Source: an uncultured Verrucomicrobiae bacterium (GTDB lineage: Bacteria > Verrucomicrobiota > Verrucomicrobiia > Limisphaerales > Palsa-1400). Taken from it: a stretch of 64,000 nucleotides of DNA. Below the pieces are notes generated by a model, which was not told the DNA's origin, did not search any database, and saw only the letters and a program-made list of their open reading frames with translations. The stretch covers positions 4,288,001 to 4,352,000 of the forward strand of contig OY969763.1 of NCBI GenBank assembly GCA_963702845.1, read 5' to 3'. Every line of letters begins with the position of its first letter. Within the stretch, counting starts at the first letter, position 1. Made by a program: the position numbers and the translations under genes. Shown here one piece after another: positions 19,515 to 28,286 of this stretch.

Positions 19515-20666
19515 TCACACGCCGACCCAGCCGAGGTCTGCCATGGTGCAACGGCCGGTTCGCCAGCGCCAGAGGTCCACGGCCAGTTGCCGGGCAAGGG
19601 CAATGACAGTTTTCTTCTTCATGGCCGTGCCGGCGGCAAGTTTGGTTTTCATTTTAAGTGCGGCCTTCCACCCCGGTTGCCACATCAGAAAACGCCAGAC
19701 CGCTTCCACCAGGATCGCTCTGACTCGTCCGTTGCCCATGCGATCGATGCTGCCGACGCGCCGTTTGCCTCCTGAACTGTGTTCGCCCGGGCAACATCCG
19801 GTGTAGCTGCCAATCTGTTTGCGATTGTGGAAGCGCTGCCAGTCGCACACTTCGCCTTCCAGTGTCACAAGAGTGATCTCGCCAAGGCCCTTGGGCCGTG
19901 GTTGTTCTTTGACCCGCGCAATCAGTTCCTCTTCCAGTTCCTGCCGTTGTGTCTCCATGGCGACGAGGACCTCGCGGAGCTTTTCGAGAACACCGAGCAG
20001 CCACGGATCGAGGGTGGAAAGTTTTTTCCAGTTGCGCGCTCCCCACCAGCGATGGGGCAGTTTGACGTGGCTGTATTCGGCGGCTTGGCCGTGACCGCGA
20101 TTGGCGAGCATGCGAATGGCTTTGTTGAGGAACTGTCTTCGTCGCGTGCCTTCGCGCTGGCGCTGCTCTTTGTCCGAAGGAATGCGGATGGGTGCAAGTT
20201 CGTTGATGTTGCCATCAACCCAGCGAGAGAGGCGCAGGCAAAGAGCGCGCGCGTCCAGCTTGTCGGTCTTGCGCTGGCCGTTGAGGGCAATCGGCGTGAT
20301 CAGAAAACTTTGCGCACCGGCGGCGACTAGTTCGCGATGGAGCACGAAGCCGAACCCACAGCTTTCCTGCACGCAGAAAACTTGCAGGCCTTCGCTGGTC
20401 CACTTCTGAACCTGGGCGATGAGTTGCTCACGGCTGAATTTGCGTGGCGCTTGGGGTGAAGCGTGATCACGTTGGGCTACCGCCATGATGAACTCCAGAT
20501 GCACGTCCAGGCCAAGCTTGAGAGCCGGTTTGCCGGCAAGCAGCACAGGACGTGGCAAAGGCTGGCGCGGCGGCACGTTTGCCAGCTTGCCCGCGGCAGG
20601 CACGCTGGTTAGGGTTGGGACTGTCATGTGGGGTTTGAGTAAATATGTTTTCATTTTCAAAAACAT
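19515..20666 (-). CDS. IS110-family transposase/recombinase
   Basis: GLDVH, QESCG and KTDKLDA (DEDD); GCCPGEHSSG catalytic Ser region. Start codon uncertain. Confidence 0.95.
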   Translation of the reverse strand: MFLKMKTYLLKPHMTVPTLTSVPAAGKLANVPPRQPLPRPVLLAGKPALKLGLDVHLEFIMAVAQRDHASPQAPRKFSREQLIAQVQKWTSEGLQVFCVQESCGFGFVLHRELVAAGAQSFLITPIALNGQRKTDKLDARALCLRLSRWVDGNINELAPIRIPSDKEQRQREGTRRRQFLNKAIRMLANRGHGQAAEYSHVKLPHRWWGARNWKKLSTLDPWLLGVLEKLREVLVAMETQRQELEEELIARVKEQPRPKGLGEITLVTLEGEVCDWQRFHNRKQIGSYTGCCPGEHSSGGKRRVGSIDRMGNGRVRAILVEAVWRFLMWQPGWKAALKMKTKLAAGTAMKKKTVIALARQLAVDLWRWRTGRCTMADLGWVGV

Positions 20667-20792
20667 CGTGACCCCGTGTGGGGCTGCGACTCAACCCTTC
20701 ATGACATCTGACGGCGGGACGCCGCTGGATTTGCAATTCTCGTGTCAGTGGCCCGCCGCCGCTGAGCTGAAACGTTATGCTCTGAGCACCTT

Positions 20793-21341
20793 GTGAAAAC
20801 AGCGACGAAATACTTTCTTCTCGCGGTTGGCGCAGTGACCGTGGTGCTTGTCGGCCTCGCCATTTGGCCGTCGGAGTTGGTCGCCTCGCCACGCACAACA
20901 CTTCGGATCATTGACCAAGATGCAAAACCGCTGGTCGGCGTCCGAGTCACGCGGCACTGGGATACATCCGAGCGGCAGAAGGGCGAAGATCAGCAGGTTA
21001 CCGACAACAGCGGTCAGGTCGCGTTCGCGCGAGTTGCTTTTGCCATCAGCCACCTCCAGCGCATCACCAGACCGTTGCTCATTTTTGTGCCGGTATCCTG
21101 TGGTCCCGGTTGGGAAATCTATGGCCATGCGGAGTTCGACATCTACTGGCCGGATGGTTACACGCTCAAATTCGACGACGGAGCATGGCGAAAAGCCAAT
21201 GCAACCTATGAGAACGACGACGGCATTCACATCTACGACCCGTTGCAGGCCCCGGACAAGAGTTACGTCGGGCTTTATACGTGGAACAAGAAAAGTGATT
21301 TTGCATACACACTTATGCTGTACAAGAGTGGACAGAAATGA
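20793..21341 (+). CDS. Exported protein with carboxypeptidase-regulatory-like domain (cassette)
   Basis: IIDQDAKPLVGVRV...TDNSGQV; bounded by GTTATGC and GCATAAC. Confidence 0.75.
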   Translation: MKTATKYFLLAVGAVTVVLVGLAIWPSELVASPRTTLRIIDQDAKPLVGVRVTRHWDTSERQKGEDQQVTDNSGQVAFARVAFAISHLQRITRPLLIFVPVSCGPGWEIYGHAEFDIYWPDGYTLKFDDGAWRKANATYENDDGIHIYDPLQAPDKSYVGLYTWNKKSDFAYTLMLYKSGQK

Positions 21342-21342
21342 A

Positions 21343-21376
21343 GCATAACCCGCCGCCGCTGAGCTGTGTGTTAGGC
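21343..21376 (+). repeat. Internally deleted attC
   Basis: GCATAAC-ccgccgccgctgagctgtgt-GTTAGGC. Confidence 0.7.
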
Positions 21377-21397
21377 AGCAAACAAACCGGAGCACGT

Positions 21398-21607
21398 ATG
21401 AACATGAAAAGCATCATTTCGAGAACCGAGTCTCTGCAGATTCTCAAGAATCAGCTTCGGAAGGATGCGCTGGAAAAGCGGGCGGCTGAGCTGAAGGACG
21501 CCAACGCGGAAAAGCGCGAGGCGATACTCGCTGAGATTGAGCGCAATATTCAGAGGGAAGTTAAGGAACGCGCATGGACCCCCGGCTTCGGCAGAGTGAT
21601 CCACTGA
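21398..21607 (+). CDS. Small hypothetical protein (cassette)
   Basis: ggag RBS; 5' part is duplicated at 28818. Confidence 0.7.
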   Translation: MNMKSIISRTESLQILKNQLRKDALEKRAAELKDANAEKREAILAEIERNIQREVKERAWTPGFGRVIH

Positions 21608-21621
21608 AGTATGCAAACCGA

Positions 21622-21673
21622 GCCCAACAATCGTGCTGGAGCGGCCGCCGGGACAACGCTGCGTTTTGAATCC
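21622..21673 (+). repeat. Left half of an attC, truncated
   Basis: GCCCAAC...ggagcggccgccgggacaacgctg, then fused to the family-B upstream sequence. Confidence 0.7.
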
Positions 21674-21703
21674 TGCCTTCAATCATTGCCCCGTTAAAAC
21701 CCC

Positions 21704-21755
21704 TTGTTTGCCTATTAAAAACATGCGAACAGTTGTTGTATATTAATTGTTAAGC
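21704..21755 (+). repeat. attI-like site (family B)
   Basis: Ends in G|TTAAGC, complementary to GCTTAAC (22047). Confidence 0.7.
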
Positions 21756-21767
21756 TTTTGTAGGGAA

Positions 21768-22052
21768 ATGCGATTTCATCAATCCAATTCACGATGGGGC
21801 ACGGGGCGACAAATTGCGGCAAGCATCATGGGCCTCTTGCTCGGCTTATGGCTCGACCTTCGCTACTTCCACCTCGGGCGTGTGCGAGGCTATCTACTTC
21901 TCATCTTCTGCATGCTTGGCAGCTACCTTGTGTTAACGCTGTTCTCCTTGGCATGGACCGGAATCGTAAGATTGTGGCGCAGCATCTTTCCCGCACGTCA
22001 GACCAAGGTCCATTTACCAGAATCAAAAAGGCATGACAGCACCTCGGCTTAA
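21768..22052 (+). CDS. Small membrane protein (cassette)
   Basis: 2 TM segments; complementary cores. Confidence 0.7.
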   Translation: MRFHQSNSRWGTGRQIAASIMGLLLGLWLDLRYFHLGRVRGYLLLIFCMLGSYLVLTLFSLAWTGIVRLWRSIFPARQTKVHLPESKRHDSTSA

Positions 22053-22133
22053 CATGCGCTGAGCTTGGTCGTTAAACATTCTTCACCCGCACGCTGCTCT
22101 CGATGATGCCCGCGCTGATGGCGTTTTAAACCC

Positions 22134-22185
22134 TTGTTCGCGGATTAAAAACATGCAAACTGTTGTCGCAGATAAATTGGTAGGC
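22134..22185 (+). repeat. attI-like site (family B)
   Basis: ttgttcgcggattaaaaacatgcaaactgttgtcgcagat-aaattG|GTAGGC. Confidence 0.65.
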
Positions 22186-22195
22186 CAAAGTCTCC

Positions 22196-22684
22196 GTGAA
22201 AAACATCGTAAAAATTCCACTCGGCATTTTTCTCGGACTTTGTGTGGTCCTGACAGGTATTCTCACAGTAAGCGGGCTCTGGTATTCCCTGCCCAAGCAG
22301 TGGCACTTCCACAAGGTTCTGAGAACCGTGGACTGCGCGGAAATCATCCGCAGTGCGAGTGGCGTGATTAGCCGGTCGCCGACAAATGAAATTTATTACA
22401 GGGGGAATGGTCTAACAAACTTGCCGCTATCTATTGTCGAATTAAAACCGGTTGGCGTGTATGTGCATTCCAACCACATGGTAATTGAGTTTCATGGCGG
22501 GGCTGAAGATTTTGGTTTATGGGTGGACGATTTGAAGGATGCGTGGGGTATCCATTCATATCCAATCCGTCCAACCGACAAATATTATGTTTCTCTTGTC
22601 GTCAAAAAAGATCCGAAGACGGGCGAACCAAGCGGTCCAGCGTACGGAAGCCAACCGTTCCGCCTAGACGCAAATCGAAAGTAA
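22196..22684 (+). CDS. Hypothetical membrane-anchored protein (cassette)
   Basis: N-terminal TM; 3' end runs into a truncated attC-like sequence. Confidence 0.7.
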   Translation: MKNIVKIPLGIFLGLCVVLTGILTVSGLWYSLPKQWHFHKVLRTVDCAEIIRSASGVISRSPTNEIYYRGNGLTNLPLSIVELKPVGVYVHSNHMVIEFHGGAEDFGLWVDDLKDAWGIHSYPIRPTDKYYVSLVVKKDPKTGEPSGPAYGSQPFRLDANRK

Positions 22685-22710
22685 GGACCGATTAATTCCC
22701 TCGTTACGCA

Positions 22711-22878
22711 CTCCATTTCCAATCGCGGATTTCCGGCATGTCGTCGCCGTGCTCGCGAGCGCGTTGTGTTGCGCTTGCTTCGCAGCGCCAGCATAACAAT
22801 AATCTCCTCAACCAATATGAACCAACCGTTCGTATATCAAAATCACCGCGACAGCGTGTCGCATAATCATAGTTGGCC
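22711..22878 (+). repeat. attI-like repeat (family C, 168 bp)
   Basis: Near-identical to 23484-23651; ends in G|TTGGCC, complementary to GGCCAAC (23369). Confidence 0.8.
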
Positions 22879-22887
22879 TGTGAGCGC

Positions 22888-23358
22888 ATGGTGACATTTC
22901 ACACAGCCCTAAAGTTCGTCGTGGGACACGTTCTCGCGGGCGCGGTTGTGATTCTTGGGACGCTGCTTGTGGCGTTGGCTTGCTACGTTATTGGGCTTGC
23001 CACCGCACCTCATGGCATTGACACCCCGGCGGCGGTGATCCCCGAGTTCCTCACGTTGATGTTCATGGTTGGAGTTTTTGCTTTGGTTGCTTCTACCGCT
23101 TCATTCCTGATCTCCGTGCTGCTGACATGGCTTCGCACGAAGCGGCACTTTCCGGCCTGGCTTCCAGTGGTCACCATTCCGCTCCTCACTTTCGTTGTCG
23201 TTCTGGTGATTTTTGGACGGACGCGCGACATGAGTTTTGTGGCGGTCGTGACGGGCATGGCATTTGTCTACTTTGGGATTTACTGGGTGCTTCTTACATC
23301 CTCGGGGGCCGTGCTGGACTTCCTCCGCAGGAAGTTATTTCGCCAAAAAGCAACATGA
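22888..23358 (+). CDS. 4-TM membrane protein (cassette)
   Basis: Hydrophobic; bounded by cores. Confidence 0.75.
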   Translation: MVTFHTALKFVVGHVLAGAVVILGTLLVALACYVIGLATAPHGIDTPAAVIPEFLTLMFMVGVFALVASTASFLISVLLTWLRTKRHFPAWLPVVTIPLLTFVVVLVIFGRTRDMSFVAVVTGMAFVYFGIYWVLLTSSGAVLDFLRRKLFRQKAT

Positions 23359-23368
23359 GAATCGTGGA

Positions 23369-23461
23369 GGCCAACAAGCGTGCTGGAGGCACGGGCCGGA
23401 TTGCCTCTTCGTTCCATGTTTTACATCCTCGGCTGGCCCTGCCTCAGCACCATCGTTAGAC
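23369..23461 (+). repeat. attC site
   Basis: GGCCAAC...gtgctg.gaggca.gggcc...ggccctgcctcagcac...GTTAGAC. Confidence 0.85.
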
Positions 23462-23483
23462 TGCTTCGCCCTTTCCCTACGAA

Positions 23484-23651
23484 CTCCATTTCCAATCGCG
23501 GATCTCCGGCATGTCGTCGCCGTGCTCGCGAGCGCGTTCTGTTGCGCTTGATTTGCAGCGGCAGCAGAACAATAGTCTCCTCAACCAATATGAACCAACC
23601 GTTCGTATATCAAAATCACCGCGATACCCCGTCGCATAATTATAGTTAGAA
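23484..23651 (+). repeat. attI-like repeat (family C)
   Basis: Ends in G|TTAGAA, complementary to TTCTAAC (23881). Confidence 0.8.
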
Positions 23652-23652
23652 G

Positions 23653-23871
23653 ATGGGACACGCGATGGCGAACCAAGAGGATGATCCAGATGCCGCAGCA
23701 CTCGCCGAGCGCTACCCGAGCTTGCGCCGAATCGGCGAGCGGATGAAGATTGAGTCCGGCCCACTGGCTGGAGAGCCGGTTGTGATTCGCAGGCGGCTCA
23801 CCGAGCGCGGAGTATTATTCACATTCAGATATGATGACGGAAAGGTTCGAGAGTGGGAGTGGTGGGATTGA
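23653..23871 (+). CDS. Small hypothetical protein (cassette)
   Basis: Bounded by complementary cores. Confidence 0.65.
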   Translation: MGHAMANQEDDPDAAALAERYPSLRRIGERMKIESGPLAGEPVVIRRRLTERGVLFTFRYDDGKVREWEWWD

Positions 23872-23880
23872 GACCGCTTG

Positions 23881-23973
23881 TTCTAACTATCGTGCTACAC
23901 TCGACGCGGCGATGACGCTTCTGTTTCAGTTCGAACATCGCGGACGCCGCGCGAGTGAGCGCCGGCGTTAGAC
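23881..23973 (+). repeat. attC site
   Basis: TTCTAAC...cactcg.cgcggcg...cgccgcgcgagtg...GTTAGAC. Confidence 0.85.
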
Positions 23974-23990
23974 CACTTCGGGAGGCACCA

Positions 23991-24641
23991 ATGCTTTTCG
24001 CAATTCTGGACTACATAAACTACAGACGCAGACGGGGACATTACAGCGATGAGAGTATCCGCAAAGAAGGTGGGCGTTTGGCCGCACCGGAGAACTTTCC
24101 CATGCTTCTAGATCTGGGTCCTCGGCACAGGTTTGTCTATCACACGCGGGACTCGTTTTTGAGTTGGCTGGTCATGTATTATACGGCGAGCGTTTGGAGT
24201 CACGTAGGAAACTTCACCGAGCGGGGACATATTATCGATGCAACGACGGCAGGTGTCATTGAGCATCCACTCTCAGACTACTTCGACGGAAAGAGCTACA
24301 TTATCATACTAGCGGCTAAAAAGGGCCTGGTTTCCGACGAGCAGCTTGCCAAATCTCTTGAGTGGGGACGTAGACAGATTGGCTGCGGATTCAATTGGCC
24401 GGGATTGCGGCGCTTCTTCTGGAGCATTGTCTTCGGTGCGCATGCTAATTATCGATTCCGTGTTTCTGGCGATATACTCATTTTGCTGTTGGTGCTATGT
24501 CCCCTGGCATATCTCAGTCACACCTTTGGCGTATTGCTTTTGCTCGTCTCAAGCCTATACGTTTTTATTGTTGTGATGAATACAACAAAGAGAAGGGCCA
24601 TGCGTCGGATGCTCACGGAGTCGGGCGTCAATTTGCGATGA
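23991..24641 (+). CDS. Permuted papain-like (YiiX/YaeF-like) domain plus C-terminal TMs (cassette)
   Basis: SVWSHVG...IDAT..GV..PL motif; the downstream catalytic Cys is not evident. Confidence 0.55.
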   Translation: MLFAILDYINYRRRRGHYSDESIRKEGGRLAAPENFPMLLDLGPRHRFVYHTRDSFLSWLVMYYTASVWSHVGNFTERGHIIDATTAGVIEHPLSDYFDGKSYIIILAAKKGLVSDEQLAKSLEWGRRQIGCGFNWPGLRRFFWSIVFGAHANYRFRVSGDILILLLVLCPLAYLSHTFGVLLLLVSSLYVFIVVMNTTKRRAMRRMLTESGVNLR

Positions 24642-24645
24642 CTGG

Positions 24646-24740
24646 GTCTAACAAAATCACTGCAGCCAACGCCGGATGGTGCAGTCAGTTCCGCTTTCGC
24701 GGTTCACGTCATCGGCCCGGCGCGGTTGAGTTCTATCGGC
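24646..24740 (+). repeat. attC site (right core degenerate)
   Basis: GTCTAAC is complementary to GTTAGAC (23967); cagcc.acgccgg...ccggcgcggttg. Confidence 0.7.
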
Positions 24741-24758
24741 CCTACACTTGATACGTAT

Positions 24759-25220
24759 ATGAAACGAGCTTTCTATTTGCTGTTGCTGATTTCGGGTATC
24801 TGCACCGCTCAAACGAAGTTTACCTTTTATCCCACGCAACACATTTTCACATTAGAAGGCAAAAGATACGCCACATCCATTGATGAAGCTGCACTTGAGG
24901 CAAGTCCGACATGGGACATGAGCAAACCTCCGCCGATCAGTTTCAAACAAGTAGTTGAGGTCGCTCGCAATGAGTTTGGAAAACGGCTGCGGGCCAAACC
25001 CGAATGGAGGGTTCGTTCGATCGAGCTTTACCCGGCGAACTCGCCGCACGAGGGAAAATGGTACTACGTAGTTTTGCTGGAACCTCAACCAAACGGAGGC
25101 CATACCGGAGAAAGTTTTACCACGCTGGTCGATTTTTCTGGCAAGCCGGGAAAGATAATATTGGACAGCGGCGACTCGTGGACGCAGCGCGAAAGCAAAG
25201 CGAACGGCAAAAGTCCCTAA
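24759..25220 (+). CDS. Hypothetical secreted protein (cassette)
   Basis: Signal peptide; ends at CCCTAAC. Confidence 0.7.
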   Translation: MKRAFYLLLLISGICTAQTKFTFYPTQHIFTLEGKRYATSIDEAALEASPTWDMSKPPPISFKQVVEVARNEFGKRLRAKPEWRVRSIELYPANSPHEGKWYYVVLLEPQPNGGHTGESFTTLVDFSGKPGKIILDSGDSWTQRESKANGKSP

Positions 25221-25249
25221 CGTAGTTCGTTAGGAGCATCCCAGCCATC

Positions 25250-25534
25250 ATGACAAATTCGGAGTGGAAGAACTGCATGAGGATCCTTCTTGCTGAACTC
25301 GAAGACGAGTTACCTTCCACCGTGTCCGCCGAAACCAAAACAGTGTTGCGGACATTTCGGAGTCGCCTTGACCTCAGGCATATGTCACCCGCAAACGTAA
25401 GCGGTTTGAGCGATCGTTGGAGGCGTGCATTCAGAGCAGCGCATCACTGCGAGGATCTGCGGAGCGATATATCAGCAAAGTTTTGCCGCAGACACTTGAG
25501 AGAGCGACGACCGCAGTCAATAGCGCTAGGTTAG
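25250..25534 (+). CDS. Hypothetical protein (cassette, possibly degraded)
   Basis: Follows GTTAGGA and aggag. Confidence 0.45.
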   Translation: MTNSEWKNCMRILLAELEDELPSTVSAETKTVLRTFRSRLDLRHMSPANVSGLSDRWRRAFRAAHHCEDLRSDISAKFCRRHLRERRPQSIALG

Positions 25535-25653
25535 CGCTTGCGGGCTGTCGCTCTTGAGCTGCGTTATGATTCCTCCGAAACATATCGCCTCCCCAAACTG
25601 ATTCACCGTCGCCCCAATCCACTCAATCGCATTCACCGCAGTGGCACGGGAGT

Positions 25654-26637
25654 TTACTCAACGGGCGTAAATTCGGTATCCAAACTGAATTCTGAACCGC
25701 CGGCGGCAACGGGTTCGCGAATATTCTTCAATGCGGCTTCCGCTCTCTGGAAAAGAACAACATTTTCGCGGGCCGTTATCAAAACTGCCTCGGCGTCCGA
25801 AGCCAGGGATCCAAACGCGCCCACAGCGACGATTGCTTTTTTCTGAACGACTAAGGGCGGTTGTTGAATTGCAAGAATCAGTGCTGGAACGGCGATCTCT
25901 GGATGTCGCTGAATCCGGCCAAGCGTTTCGGCAGCCGCACCTGCGACGTTTGAATCCATGTCTTGCAAGCAAACGACCACGTTGCTGACAACGCCGCTTG
26001 CCGGGGAGCCTATGGTGCCCAAGGCATTGAGAATTTCAACGCGACGGACTGAATTGTTGTTTTTGCGCAGCGCATTCGCAAGTGAAGGAACGGCGGCGGG
26101 CCCAATGGACATAAGCAGATGCGTCGCATCGTCATCTGCCGTCGAGCGTGAAGCCATTTCTTCCAGTTGCGGAATGGCGGGCACGGCCAAAGGCCCCAAC
26201 GTCTTCAATACATTAAATGCGATCAGGTTCTTCAGGTGACCGTGATTATAAACGCTACCGGCGAGCTGGCTTCGCCATGAACGAGGCACATACTTCGAGC
26301 TTCCAAAACAACGAAGTGCAAGTTTTTCGAAGGGATTTGGTCTGGCGGTGAGCCACTGCATCAACATCGGAACGGCATTCGTTCCGATGTTGATCAGGGC
26401 GTCTTCCGCTTCATGTTCGCGCGGCTTCAATGCCTGCCCAGGCTGCCCGGGAAACATAGGCAGGCCATACGTGTGGGTGATGTGCACATGGTAAAGCTGG
26501 AGCCATTCCGAAAGACGGATGTCTTTGTAGACCGGATCGGGAGCTTTGGGACGGCAGAAAGCGAACGCGAGCGCAGACGCAATACCGACAACGAGTAGAA
26601 GCAGCCATTTGGATTTGCGCGCCCAACTCATCTGCAC
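25654..26637 (-). CDS. HEAT-repeat protein with N-terminal anchor
   Basis: Repeated LGP.A.PAIP.L / AA..LG.I...PEIAVPAL motifs. Confidence 0.85.
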   Translation of the reverse strand: MQMSWARKSKWLLLLVVGIASALAFAFCRPKAPDPVYKDIRLSEWLQLYHVHITHTYGLPMFPGQPGQALKPREHEAEDALINIGTNAVPMLMQWLTARPNPFEKLALRCFGSSKYVPRSWRSQLAGSVYNHGHLKNLIAFNVLKTLGPLAVPAIPQLEEMASRSTADDDATHLLMSIGPAAVPSLANALRKNNNSVRRVEILNALGTIGSPASGVVSNVVVCLQDMDSNVAGAAAETLGRIQRHPEIAVPALILAIQQPPLVVQKKAIVAVGAFGSLASDAEAVLITARENVVLFQRAEAALKNIREPVAAGGSEFSLDTEFTPVE

Positions 26638-26691
26638 AGGAGCCTAGCGAAGTCATATGAAAATGAAAGAGTGATCAAAACAACCGGCCGT

Positions 26692-27867
26692 TCATTGCGG
26701 AGCGATCGCGTTGGGGGCACGATACCGGAGCAACAGTTGTTCGGCGGTGTCTGCGATTCGCGTTCGCAACGCTTCCGGTGCAACCACCGTCGCACGCGTC
26801 CCCCAACTCAACACCCATCGCTCGACTTCTTCCAACCCACTCAACCGCATCCGCATTCGTGATGCACCGCCCGGCATTTCCGTAATCTCCTGACTTGAAT
26901 GCCATTTCCGGCCGCGCAGTTGGTCCGTTGCAAAGGCGTCGAAGTCAATCACCACCTCATAATCACCGTCACCCTTCATCATCCCGAGGCTGTCGCGAAA
27001 ATAGTTTGCGGCATCGAATCTATTCGGTCGCGTGAACCGCTCAGCTAAAACCTGCGCCTTCCCCATGCGCGCCAGCGCGAAAGTCCGAATATCCGCACGC
27101 AACTCATCATGTCCCAGGAAATACCACCGATTATCAGAACACATCACATGATACGGATGCACCCGCCGCACGATCGCATCCTTCTCGCCTGCGTTCCGAT
27201 AAACAAACTCCATCACCTTCCGTTCCCGACGCGCCCGCGTCACCATCTCGAACAATTCCAGATCCGCGTCCTCCGGCGCAAACGGCCGAAACGACAACGC
27301 CTCTGCAAAATCCTCAACTGAAAACCGCTCCTTGCTATCCAACTGCGCTAACATCTTCTTGAACGCAGTCGCCAACAGCGGATGGAACGGCGTGCCGCGA
27401 TACTGCTCAATCGCTTTGTTCGCAACCAACCATGCAAACATCTCCTTCTCCGTAAGAGCCGACGCACCGGGAAATCCATTCACCTGCTTCGAATAATAAT
27501 ACCCGTGCCGCACCGCATCATATTCGATCGGCAGCGCGTAATGATCGCGCATGTAATCAATGTCCCGACAAATTGTTTTGTGCCCGATCTCAAGCTCTGC
27601 CGCCAACTGCATCGCGTTAACGCATCTGCCATCGGCAATCACCTGGTGAATCTTGAACATCCGTTCCAGCGGCCCGCGCCGCACCCGCTCCGGCTCCAAC
27701 TCCGCATCCTGTTTGCGTACACGCCGCAGCAACGCCTTTTCAGCCCTGCCGACATCCAGCCGCACCGTTTGTTTTGTTTCGTTTGTTTGACTCCCCTCGC
27801 CCATGTCCGAGAACAGTGAATCTGCGCGTTGAACCGAACCAATCTGTAGCTTTTTTATCATTTTCAT
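26692..27867 (-). CDS. HTH-WYL-WCX transcriptional regulator
   Basis: LAAELE...KTI.RDI, RRVHPY..WYFLG.D..R..RTF.L.R and WVLSWG motifs. Start may lie further downstream. Confidence 0.92.
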   Translation of the reverse strand: MKMIKKLQIGSVQRADSLFSDMGEGSQTNETKQTVRLDVGRAEKALLRRVRKQDAELEPERVRRGPLERMFKIHQVIADGRCVNAMQLAAELEIGHKTICRDIDYMRDHYALPIEYDAVRHGYYYSKQVNGFPGASALTEKEMFAWLVANKAIEQYRGTPFHPLLATAFKKMLAQLDSKERFSVEDFAEALSFRPFAPEDADLELFEMVTRARRERKVMEFVYRNAGEKDAIVRRVHPYHVMCSDNRWYFLGHDELRADIRTFALARMGKAQVLAERFTRPNRFDAANYFRDSLGMMKGDGDYEVVIDFDAFATDQLRGRKWHSSQEITEMPGGASRMRMRLSGLEEVERWVLSWGTRATVVAPEALRTRIADTAEQLLLRYRAPNAIAPQ

Positions 27868-27886
27868 CCCCGAATCCTACCAACCT

Positions 27887-27911
27887 CACTTGGACAAAGG
27901 CTGTCCAAGTG
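27887..27911. promoter_or_regulatory. Perfect palindromic operator upstream of the WYL gene
   Basis: CACTTGGACA-N5-TGTCCAAGTG. Confidence 0.7.
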
Positions 27912-28097
27912 AAAATCTTTTTTTGGGGGCACCAGCGCGTGGCGACAGACGTAAAAGAACGTTACCCGACTATTGGCTCAAGGGCTGCAATGGCTGGCCA
28001 CTCCCAGTTGACTGTCCACACTCAGAGGCGCAGCATACACCACGTAAATCAACCCGATGTGAGGTAATATGTTGTTGGTTAGACTGCGAGTATTTCT

Positions 28098-28286
28098 ATG
28101 AACAACAAAACGTCCGCGCAAAGTGCCCGAAGGTGGGGATGGCCGATTCTCGGTATCATCGCTTTCGGAGTTTTGATGGGCGCACGAAAGCAGTTTCACT
28201 CTATTTGGTTGCGTTCGTTGGTCGCAGCGTGCGCGTTCGCAGTTCTCGCAGTTTCGTTACCGTTATTTCGGAGGACCAGAAATTGA
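28098..28286 (+). CDS. Small 2-TM protein
   Basis: Hydrophobic ORF coupled to the next gene. Confidence 0.55.
   Translation: MNNKTSAQSARRWGWPILGIIAFGVLMGARKQFHSIWLRSLVAACAFAVLAVSLPLFRRTRN

Larger units (their letters stand above)
19053..20709 (-). mobile_element. IS110-family (IS1111-type) element inserted in attC
   Basis: No target duplication; imperfect subterminal IRs (ATGAAGGGTTG / ATGAGGTTTG) set 7 and 3 nt from the ends; long non-coding region downstream of the transposase. Confidence 0.88.
19031..20780 (+). repeat. attC site split by an IS (19031-19052 plus 20710-20780)
   Basis: The rejoined gcctaac...ccagcg|gacggcggga...gttatgc aligns with attC 912-1004. Confidence 0.85.

Noticed and set aside
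27890..28282. N-terminal extension of the 267-aa ORF (also 29974-30237)
   Set aside because: These extensions run through an operator, another ORF or an attI-like repeat; the downstream starts are better supported.
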